A stretch of DNA of 57,285 nucleotides from Candidatus Cloacimonadota bacterium. Its GTDB lineage: Bacteria > Hydrothermota > E44-bin80. Of this stretch, positions 18,114 to 26,169 are shown one piece after another. The notes under the pieces were generated by a model, which saw only the letters and a list, made by a program, of their open reading frames with translations, did no database searches and was not told the DNA's origin. Location of the stretch: positions 1-57,285 of the forward strand of contig DAOVSH010000001.1 of the NCBI GenBank assembly GCA_030633565.1. The letters run 5' to 3'. Both the position numbers and the translations under genes were made by a program. How positions within the stretch are numbered: the first letter of the stretch is position 1; each line of letters starts with the position of its first letter.

Positions 18114-19298
18114 TTAACTTTCTTTTTTAGGTTCCTCTTTTGGCTTATCACTTACAGCAAGGTTATTTCCACAATTGGGACAGAACTTTGTGCCTTCTGG
18201 AACATCCATCCCGCACTTTGAGCATTTTATAAGTTTTGGTGCAAGTGAAGCTCCACAGTTAGAACAGAATTTACTTCCTTTTAGAACTGGCTGATTACAC
18301 TTTGGACAATTTATCATCTCCATTTCAAGTTTTTCCCCGCATGCACTGCAGAATTTTGCTGTCGCAGGATTTAAGCCACCACATTTTGAACATTTAATCT
18401 GCGGACCTCCTGTCTGCCCATATGCCTGACTGATCATCCCAGGCATCATCATTCCCATTCCAAGACCTGCTCCGAGACCGAGACCTGCTCCAGCTGTTCC
18501 AGCTCCTCCACCTTCTCCGCCACCTCCCTGTTGAGCTGCATCCCTCAAGGCTCGTGCTGTTGAGAATTGCGTGAATTTACCAAGGTCACCAACAGCACCC
18601 ATACCTGAACGCTGGTCAATCATTTCCTGGACATCTGGAGGTGGAGTGATTGCATTGATATAGAAATCAACCAATTCTAAACCATATTTTGAAAAATCAT
18701 CATGAATTCTTGCCTTTGTTCCTGCTGCAACTTCATCGTAATGCTGAGGAAGGTCAAAGATACTCTTAAGATTCTCGCCTAAAAAATCTGTCAGACGTGC
18801 AATTATGATAGTCCTCAGGAAATCTTCTATTTCATTCCTTCTATATATGCCCTGTGTACCGACAGCTTTATTTATGAAAAGCTGAGGTTCGATTACCCTC
18901 TCACTATATGTACCGAATGCTCGCAAACGAACCATATGCAACTCTGTATCCCTGAATGGAATGGGCTCCTGGGTTCCCCATTTTGAGTTTGTAAAAACCT
19001 TTCCATTAACATAATATACCTCAACCCTAAAAGGGCTTTTACCATCAAATGCAGCACCAATGATTCTTCTTATCAATGGTAGGTTGAGAGTTGTCAAGGT
19101 GTGTCTTCCTGGACCAAATGAATCCAAAGCTTTCCCATCTCTGAAGAAGACCGCATACTGGTTTTCTCTAACAACCAGCTGGCTCCCAAGCTGAGTTTCA
19201 CCAGAACCTGTTTCCGGAATCCTGTGAGCAATTTCATCGCCTGTTTCGTCAAAAAACTCAATTACTTCAAAGAACTTTGCCATTTTACTTTCCTCCAC
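18114..19298 (-). CDS. SPFH/Band-7 (Band_7_1, YdjI-like) domain protein fused to three C-terminal double zinc ribbons
   Basis: 394 aa. The N-terminal ~250 aa resemble the YdjI-type SPFH domain (LGSQLVVRENQYAVFFRDGKALDSFGPGRHTL). A Gly-rich linker follows (GGGGEGGGAGTAGAGLGLGAGLGMGMMMPG). Three CxxC-x10-CxxC units follow it (CSKCGG...CSACG; CPKCNQ...CSNCG; CSKCGM...CPNCG). Confidence 0.7.
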   Translation of the reverse strand: MEESKMAKFFEVIEFFDETGDEIAHRIPETGSGETQLGSQLVVRENQYAVFFRDGKALDSFGPGRHTLTTLNLPLIRRIIGAAFDGKSPFRVEVYYVNGKVFTNSKWGTQEPIPFRDTELHMVRLRAFGTYSERVIEPQLFINKAVGTQGIYRRNEIEDFLRTIIIARLTDFLGENLKSIFDLPQHYDEVAAGTKARIHDDFSKYGLELVDFYINAITPPPDVQEMIDQRSGMGAVGDLGKFTQFSTARALRDAAQQGGGGEGGGAGTAGAGLGLGAGLGMGMMMPGMISQAYGQTGGPQIKCSKCGGLNPATAKFCSACGEKLEMEMINCPKCNQPVLKGSKFCSNCGASLAPKLIKCSKCGMDVPEGTKFCPNCGNNLAVSDKPKEEPKKES

Positions 19299-19803
19299 TA
19301 ATTCCAGTTATACATTCATCCCTTAATGCTAACTTTTCATTGAATTCATCAATTGATTTCAGAAATCCTTCAAGAAGTGGAAGGAGAGTGTCAGAATCAA
19401 GGGCTTTTGCTAATACGGTAACTTTTTCTTTTAATGCCCCTATATCCTCATTTAGTGAGAGATCAAAATTGTAGAGTTTTTCGAGTTCTGGGAAATCTAC
19501 AGATACAACATCAAAGAATCCCTTATATCCATGATCAGCAAACCGAACTGTATCAGTAACTTTTTCAAGTTTTTTGAAGATTCTATCTATAGGTTTAAGA
19601 AGGTCAAGATTCCCAATGTCTGTTATTTTAGTTGAAACCTCATCGAAAACTCTTTTTACACTTCTCAATTTTTCTACAAGATACATTCTGTAGAGATGGT
19701 CTGTTTCCCTTCTTTTTTCTCTCTTTTGATATCCAGCATAACCTGGAATGTGATAAGCAATCTTTTCCATAATATTCCTAAGACCTTTTCCAATATCTCC
19801 CAT
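19285..19803 (-). CDS. Hypothetical protein co-transcribed with the SPFH/zinc-ribbon gene
   Basis: 172 aa, soluble and helical. Its 3' end overlaps the SPFH gene start by 14 nt. Confidence 0.4.
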   Translation of the reverse strand: MGDIGKGLRNIMEKIAYHIPGYAGYQKREKRRETDHLYRMYLVEKLRSVKRVFDEVSTKITDIGNLDLLKPIDRIFKKLEKVTDTVRFADHGYKGFFDVVSVDFPELEKLYNFDLSLNEDIGALKEKVTVLAKALDSDTLLPLLEGFLKSIDEFNEKLALRDECITGISGGK

Positions 19804-20129
19804 TTGTCCTCCTTCTTTTTCTTTATTATTACCAGATTATATTTATATTGTCAATAAAAAAACAATATATAATATTATACTTATCTGCTTAACTCACATA
19901 ATGAGACGAAAATCTTCATTTTATTGTTGAGGAGGGACAGGTCCCCCTGGAATAATACATGTCCATAGGGACATGTCCCTTTCAGTTTAATCTGTTACAA
20001 TCAGTGTAATCATTATCGGAGGAATTAACTATTTAAGGAATTTTGACAATCGTCTATCCTTATAAATTTTTCCTCCTGTTTGGCATTTGGGACAGTAGTA
20101 TGTTCTATTCTTTTTTGAATATACCCACT

Positions 20130-20879
20130 CTATTTTACTTCAAAACGGGGACAGGGTTCTCCCTTTCTTTCGTACACCTGCATAAATTCTCTCGGTTCTT
20201 TCATTACAATTTTACCCTTGGTTCTTTTCTCAATTTCTTTTATTCCATTTCTCAAAACCTTTTTTATAGAGCAATAAAAGTTTGCTATCTCAGTATCATT
20301 AAGTAAATCGGATGACGCAAAAGGAGATAGTTGAGCTTCCCATAATATTTCATCAGAATATGCATTTCCAATTCCAGAAATCTTTTTCTGGTCTTTAAGG
20401 AACAACTTTAAATTTTTTCTTTTCTTGGTAAGAAGCTCCTTGAGATAATTCGTGGTGAAGTTCGAATCAAATGGGTCAATTCCAATGTTTCTGAACCCTG
20501 GAATATTTGAAGAATCCTTTACTATGTAAATTTTTGCCATCTTTTCCTTACCGTATTCAACAATTTCTATTACTCTTCCATCATTGAGTTTTAAATAACA
20601 TGCAGTAAATTTGCCAACCCTGTTTTTTTCAGGTGATATTTTTATTCTTCCGCTTTTCATTGGATGAATTACTATCCGGAGACTGCTTTTCAGTTGAAAA
20701 AGCAAAAATTTCCCTCTCCTTTCAATTTTTTCTATTCGTGAAGGAAAAGCTTTTTCATATCCAGGAAAAATCCCCTTCAGTATGTATGGTTTTGTAAAAA
20801 CGGGAATTTCGATTTCCTTTCCAATGATTTCTCTATTAAGAATCTTTTTAATTAACTCAAGTTCAGGAAGCTCTGGCAT
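20130..20879 (-). CDS. fpg: Formamidopyrimidine-DNA glycosylase (Fpg/MutM/Nei family) with a disrupted C-terminal zinc finger (possible pseudogene or frameshift)
   Basis: The MPELPELE catalytic N-terminus and H2TH region are intact. The ORF stops at GEPCPRFEVK, and the remaining zinc-finger half (RTYYCPKCQTGGK) is in the -1 frame, running to the stop at 20029-20031. Confidence 0.75.
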   Translation of the reverse strand: MPELPELELIKKILNREIIGKEIEIPVFTKPYILKGIFPGYEKAFPSRIEKIERRGKFLLFQLKSSLRIVIHPMKSGRIKISPEKNRVGKFTACYLKLNDGRVIEIVEYGKEKMAKIYIVKDSSNIPGFRNIGIDPFDSNFTTNYLKELLTKKRKNLKLFLKDQKKISGIGNAYSDEILWEAQLSPFASSDLLNDTEIANFYCSIKKVLRNGIKEIEKRTKGKIVMKEPREFMQVYERKGEPCPRFEVK

Positions 20880-20964
20880 GGTTATTTCACAATGTAGCCG
20901 CAGGCTTCAGCCTGCGTGAGTTTTTTCGCACCTTATTTAAACTCTGATTTTTTTTAGTAAAGGG

Positions 20965-21456
20965 CTAATGCTCCGAAGTGAGACAGAACGAAAGAGATGT
21001 TCCGTTCTTTCCTCCACCTAAAATTATATATTCCGTCCCATCACAAAAGATGTAAATATCACCAGGTGGAATACTAATTGTATCTGACCGTTTTGGGAGG
21101 ATTTTTGATGTATAAATAAAAATAACATTGGGAATCCTATTTGTATAAGGATTTTCGAAATGCCTTTTCTTTGAAAAATTATAGATCAACTCAGAAAACA
21201 TTCCTCCAGAAATTGTTTTATCATGCATTGAGGTTGGATAAGTACCTTCGATTCGCTTCATGGCAAAATATTCTAAATGCATTTTCACTATTCGCATATT
21301 CCACAATACAAGTTCTTCATTGGCTCTTTCAAACATAGAAAAAAGGTTAACCATCATAAATACAGAAAGGAAAATAATAGCCTTGTTTCCCAAAACCAGA
21401 GCTACTATTCCAAATTGAAATTCTGTAAAACTTCTATGTTTTTTTATTTGTACCAT
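20965..21456 (-). CDS. Hypothetical membrane-anchored protein (weak prepilin-like N-terminus)
   Basis: 163 aa. The N-terminus (KKHRSFTEFQFGIVALVLG) loosely resembles a type IV pilin/pseudopilin leader plus hydrophobic segment. No other motif recognised. Confidence 0.3.
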   Translation of the reverse strand: MVQIKKHRSFTEFQFGIVALVLGNKAIIFLSVFMMVNLFSMFERANEELVLWNMRIVKMHLEYFAMKRIEGTYPTSMHDKTISGGMFSELIYNFSKKRHFENPYTNRIPNVIFIYTSKILPKRSDTISIPPGDIYIFCDGTEYIILGGGKNGTSLSFCLTSEH

Positions 21457-21575
21457 AACAATTCTCGAGACTTTTGTTTATAATGGATTTATTAGGAATC
21501 TGTGTAATTTCTCTTGTAATCTGTGCAATCGTAAGATAATCTTAATTGAGTTTTTCCATTCCAAGAGATAATCTT

Positions 21576-21612
21576 AACAAAAAAGGGGGACATAAAATGC
21601 CCCCCTTTTAAA
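21576..21612 (-). terminator. Rho-independent terminator downstream of the small membrane protein gene
   Basis: The minus strand reads GGGGGCATTTTATGTCCCCCTTTTTTG, about 20 nt after the stop at 21634. Confidence 0.55.
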
Positions 21613-21633
21613 TTCCTATAAAGTTATAGATGC

Positions 21634-22029
21634 CTACTCAGCCGTAACGGGTGCTGTACCCGCGAACCAAGCCTTCCCCTGATCGTTGAACATGTTTATT
21701 AGGATTACTATTCCAAGAATTGTCCCTATAGGAATGCTCGGAAGCATCAGGATACCAAAAATGATTGCCATTATCTTACCATAGTTCTTTTTATTAGCAA
21801 CGCCTTTTGCAGTAAAGAAGTATAGAATGAATACTATAATTCCAAAAATAATGTAAAATATACCCAATCCAGCCATGGCTGCAAACCCTCCTGCTGCACC
21901 CTCCTGAGCAGATGCTCCTATTGCACCTCCTACAATCATCATTATAATTCCTACAAGTATACCAGCGATAAGTGCTATCCAAGCAAGTATCGTATAAATG
22001 ATTTTGACTGCCTTTATTCCACCTGGCAT
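21634..22029 (-). CDS. Small hypothetical integral membrane protein
   Basis: 131 aa, four predicted TM helices, Gly/Ala-rich. Followed by a clean terminator. Confidence 0.4.
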   Translation of the reverse strand: MPGGIKAVKIIYTILAWIALIAGILVGIIMMIVGGAIGASAQEGAAGGFAAMAGLGIFYIIFGIIVFILYFFTAKGVANKKNYGKIMAIIFGILMLPSIPIGTILGIVILINMFNDQGKAWFAGTAPVTAE

Positions 22030-22272
22030 GTCTTCACCTCCTCTCTATAGTTTGAGGTTAAACTAAAAGTTTTTATGTGTATATCATAAATTTCAGATTT
22101 TGTCAAAGCATTTTTTAATGATTTCTAAAGAAATATTAATTACACTCTGTTGGATAGTAAACATATAACAGGGGTGTTCTTACTTATTTTCTTCTTGCCT
22201 TTTTAACAGGATAACAGGATGTTCAGGATTAAAGTGTTTTGTTAATGAGGAAAGGGTGTCATTTTGATATTT

Positions 22273-22384
22273 TAATTACTCAATTACCAAATTACTCATT
22301 TACGTTCATTTACAGCGAAGCGTTACTTTAACAGGCGAAGCCGTCTGTTTCACAGCGTCAGCATTTATTTGCAGCGAAGCGTTT
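22273..22384 (-). repeat. Partial copy (E) of the intergenic repeat family plus three direct repeats of CAGCGAAGC, in the 3' flank of addA
   Basis: ttaattactcaattaccaaattactca is the reverse complement of the gtaattaagtaatttggtaattgagtaattaa module. cagcgaagcg, caggcgaagcc and cagcgaagcg recur at roughly 25-35-nt spacing. Confidence 0.5.
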
Positions 22385-25300
22385 TCAGACTTCAACAATT
22401 TCAAGGATGGATGTTAAAACGAGAAAAGTTTTCACATTCTCTTTTCCAAAGAGCATCTTTACAGCTAATGTATATGCTTCCATCTGCTGCTTGTACCTTT
22501 TTTTCATGCTCTCAATGAATTTCTTTTCAGTTATTCCCATTAAGGTATCTGTTTTATAATCAAATATCAATATTTTATCACTCTCAAAAATGATCTTGTC
22601 AATCACAGCAGGAATAATTTCAATCTCACCTTTTTCGTTCTCTAATTGGACCGAGCAATGAAATTCATTCATACTATTCTTATGTGTAATTACTTCCATT
22701 ATTCTTTTGTTTCTAAGGACTTTTAAAAATTCATATTCTATTTCATTACATATTTTTTTATCACATAGGAATTGATTATCCATCTGATGTGTGATTTTTT
22801 TAACAATTTCTGAGGTATTGCCTGCTATATTTTTTTTAATCTTTCCCCTACCAAGCAATTCAAATAGTTTGTGCAGTATAGTTCCTTTGATTTCTGCTTT
22901 CTCATTATCAATGTTATAGAGAACAATTTTCTTTCCCAACTCACTTGGAACTGTTTTCTTTTTTAAAGGAACTCTACTTATTGCCTCTGAAAATTCATAT
23001 ACCGGATGTTCTCTTCGGTGTGAAATAATTATCTCTTCGGTTGTTGGAATTTCTATATCAAGTTTGTCTGTTAATGGGAAATTTGAATCGTAAACGATGT
23101 TCGCCCAAACTCTCTTATCATCATATTTTTTTTGAGATATAAAAAGGTACAGCTCTTCTTTTGCTCTTGTTAGTGCGACGTACAATAGTCTTTTTAACTC
23201 TTCGGTTTCTCTTCGCATTTCATGTTCTTTGAATTTCTTCATAAGAGGGGTTTCCATCCTTGCATACTTTTTTATAAACAACAGTATATGGTTATCATTA
23301 TCAACATATATTCCTTCTCCTTTACTCTTATTAACAACCGAATCAACCTCTGGAACTATTATGACAGGAAATTCAAGCCCTTTTGCTTTATGAACAGTCA
23401 TTAAATGAATAGCTCCAGTATTTTCTTCATCAAAAGATTTAGTGCCTATATCAATATCTGCATTTTTTTCTCTTGCCTTTATAATCCTGTTTAGTCTGTC
23501 GGAAAAGAAAGAGAAATTCATCTTTTCTTGTGAAGCCCTTTCAATGATATTCAGAAGTTTTCTAATATTTACATCCTTTTGACCACCTATTCTATCGATA
23601 AGGATACCGAAAGCATTCGTATCCATTAATGCGTTTTCTATCAATTCTATAGAGGATATTCTATCCCTTTTATCTAACCAGGTTTTCGTTAAGTCGATAA
23701 AATAACAATATTTATCAGTAAAGTTTTGTTTTAGTTTATCGTACAATGAGGTAGTTTTTCTGAAATCATAAGGTGTATTGTCATTTATAAGAATATTCAA
23801 TAAATCGCTTACATCATGGTTAAAAATGGGGGAGAGAAATAAGCTGGAAAAGTTAATATCATCGTAGGGATTCTCAAGGAAATTCAGTATCTTGATAATC
23901 TCCCTTATTTCTCTATTTTCAAAAAATGATTTCCCACCTGATGAAATGTAAGGAATAGATTCTTTTTCAAATATTTCCTCATAGAAATGAGAATTTAATG
24001 AATCTCTGAAAAGTAGTGCAATATCACCCCAGGATTGATACTTCTTCTTTAATGAAAGAATAAGTTTTGCTACACTCTTAGCTAACATTGGAATTCTAAG
24101 TTCTTTCTTCTTATCTAATTCACGCTCAATAATTTTTACAATGCCACCTCCTTTGTCATCATTAGGTTTCATCTCTTCGTAAGCAACAGAGAAATCATCT
24201 TTTTTTAACCTTTTCATCTTTCTTTTAAAAAGAAGGTTTACTGAATTAACTATTTCTTTTTTACTTCTAAAATTTTTAACAAGGGAAGAAACTTGTGTAA
24301 AGGGATCATTTTTTTTATCCTTTATACGTGTAATAATTCTAACATCGGCATTTCTAAATCCATAGATTGATTGTTTCTCATCTCCTACAAGGAATATTGT
24401 TGGTGTGATATTACGTTCTTGTTTTGCGGTTTCTCCTGCGAACCAATCTTCTGTAAGTTTCTGAAATATCTCCCACTGGATCGGATCAGTGTCCTGAAAT
24501 TCATCTATAAGATAATGATTTACCCTTGCGTCCATATTATAAAGAATATTGAAGCGTTCTTTATGTTTGGTAAGCAGTTTGTATGTTATCGTTTTCAAAT
24601 CACCGATTCCAAGGACTCCAAGTTCTCTTTTTCCCTTTTCTACCTTGTTTATTATTGAAATTATTAAATTAACTAAGTTTGAAGAAAGATATGAACGGTC
24701 ACTATCCTTTGTAAATAAAATTGCCTGTACACATTTTTCGTAGAGAAGAGAAATTTCGTAAAATAATTCCCTTGTAGAAACTTCTATGGTTTTTATTTTA
24801 AGTCTTTTTCTTAGGTTCATCTCTTTTGTAAAGAATAAATCACTATAATTTATAAATTTATCAATATCATTATAAATATCTTCTACTGATGTTCTTAGAA
24901 TATATTTAACAAATTCATTGACTGAACTGTTTTTTTCATGGTAAATTGCACTAAATTCTTTTACTCTTCTAAGAAGATTGGAATGGTGCTTTCCTAAATC
25001 CATCTCATTACCAATATAATACTTTATCCGTTTTGTAAATTCTTCATTTGTAACTTGATTTAATTCAATGATTGTTTTGCTATACATTTCCCAGTTCTTT
25101 ACTATTCTCTTTATACTATTAAATAAACAAAAACCAGCATATTTTCCTGTAGAGTATTTAAAATTGAAAAAACGCAAAAGTTCTATGATTTTTTTATCAT
25201 GTCCCATCCTCTCTTCAATTATCTCATCGATAACGGTATCGATTAATTCATCCTCATCTATCTCATCAATAACTTTGAAATTAGGATCAACTCCTGATTC

Positions 25301-25723
25301 ACCAGGGAAAAGTCTTATAATACTCGAAAGGAATGAATCAATTGTTGAGATACGCATGCCGAGAATCATTCTGTTAAGTGTATCAGGATCTTTTAAGGAT
25401 AGTGAAAAATTGCATGAGGAATTTTTCTCGATTACAACTTTTTTAAATTCTAAAAGATAATCGACAATACGTTCCTTCATCTCACCAGCCGCTTTTCTCG
25501 TGAATGTAATACCTACTATATTTTCAGGTTTTTCTCCATAAACCAATAGTTTTAGATACCTTGAGGCAAGAACTCTTGTTTTCCCTGAACCTGCAGGTGC
25601 TGTAATCAGGAGCCTGTATGCTGTTCTGTCGGGGGTTCTGTCTTTCATAACAGCATCTAACTGCAAATCATCCAGTTCGAGATTTGTTATCAAAAAATCA
25701 TCAAATAATTCTCTTATATTCAT
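22385..25723 (-). CDS. addA: ATP-dependent helicase/nuclease subunit A (AddA/RecB-like UvrD-family helicase with C-terminal PD-(D/E)XK nuclease)
   Basis: 1112 aa. Walker A APAGSGKT within UvrD-family motifs I-VI. C-terminal nuclease motif IDKIIFESDKILIFDYKTD. Confidence 0.8.
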   Translation of the reverse strand: MNIRELFDDFLITNLELDDLQLDAVMKDRTPDRTAYRLLITAPAGSGKTRVLASRYLKLLVYGEKPENIVGITFTRKAAGEMKERIVDYLLEFKKVVIEKNSSCNFSLSLKDPDTLNRMILGMRISTIDSFLSSIIRLFPGESGVDPNFKVIDEIDEDELIDTVIDEIIEERMGHDKKIIELLRFFNFKYSTGKYAGFCLFNSIKRIVKNWEMYSKTIIELNQVTNEEFTKRIKYYIGNEMDLGKHHSNLLRRVKEFSAIYHEKNSSVNEFVKYILRTSVEDIYNDIDKFINYSDLFFTKEMNLRKRLKIKTIEVSTRELFYEISLLYEKCVQAILFTKDSDRSYLSSNLVNLIISIINKVEKGKRELGVLGIGDLKTITYKLLTKHKERFNILYNMDARVNHYLIDEFQDTDPIQWEIFQKLTEDWFAGETAKQERNITPTIFLVGDEKQSIYGFRNADVRIITRIKDKKNDPFTQVSSLVKNFRSKKEIVNSVNLLFKRKMKRLKKDDFSVAYEEMKPNDDKGGGIVKIIERELDKKKELRIPMLAKSVAKLILSLKKKYQSWGDIALLFRDSLNSHFYEEIFEKESIPYISSGGKSFFENREIREIIKILNFLENPYDDINFSSLFLSPIFNHDVSDLLNILINDNTPYDFRKTTSLYDKLKQNFTDKYCYFIDLTKTWLDKRDRISSIELIENALMDTNAFGILIDRIGGQKDVNIRKLLNIIERASQEKMNFSFFSDRLNRIIKAREKNADIDIGTKSFDEENTGAIHLMTVHKAKGLEFPVIIVPEVDSVVNKSKGEGIYVDNDNHILLFIKKYARMETPLMKKFKEHEMRRETEELKRLLYVALTRAKEELYLFISQKKYDDKRVWANIVYDSNFPLTDKLDIEIPTTEEIIISHRREHPVYEFSEAISRVPLKKKTVPSELGKKIVLYNIDNEKAEIKGTILHKLFELLGRGKIKKNIAGNTSEIVKKITHQMDNQFLCDKKICNEIEYEFLKVLRNKRIMEVITHKNSMNEFHCSVQLENEKGEIEIIPAVIDKIIFESDKILIFDYKTDTLMGITEKKFIESMKKRYKQQMEAYTLAVKMLFGKENVKTFLVLTSILEIVEV

Positions 25724-26169
25724 CTTTTTTCGCCCGTTTCAATAATTAATATCGTTTGGTGATTGATCTGAATGTAAGATATACAATGTACAATGTAATG
25801 TAGCCGCAGGCTCTTGTCCTGAGCGGAGTCGAAGGGTCAGCCTGCATAACGTAACAGCTTCTTCCAGCCGAAGGTTAACTTCCATCCTGAGATAATCGAA
25901 GGATATCTTCCATCCTGAGCTTGTAGTGAGGGACTCGAACTGAGAAGTCGAAGGATTACTTCCAATGCATAGCATTAATTCACTCTCCGTTTCCCCGTTT
26001 CGCATTTGTTCTGTCTTCCGTTATCTGTCTTCTGTCCTCTGACCTCTGTCCTCTGACATCTATCTTCTGTTATCTGTCTTCTGTCTTCTGTTCTATGTCT
26101 TCTGACTTCTGTCCTCTGACATCTGTCTTCTGTTATCTGTCTTCTGACCTCTGACCTCTGTCTTCTGAC
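25724..26169 (-). repeat. Copy D of the modular intergenic repeat (reverse orientation) plus a ~150-bp (TCTGWC)n hexanucleotide microsatellite, lying between addB and addA
   Basis: 25740-26000 is the near-exact reverse complement of 39045-39400 and 29600-29760. 26020-26168 consists of tctgtc/tctgac/tctgtt hexamers. Confidence 0.8.

Noticed and set aside
26020-26168. Possible CRISPR array (short direct repeats)
   Set aside because: The period is 6 nt with no 25-40-nt repeat-spacer alternation and no cas genes. It is a hexanucleotide microsatellite. The same applies to 38006-38170 and 38893-38960.
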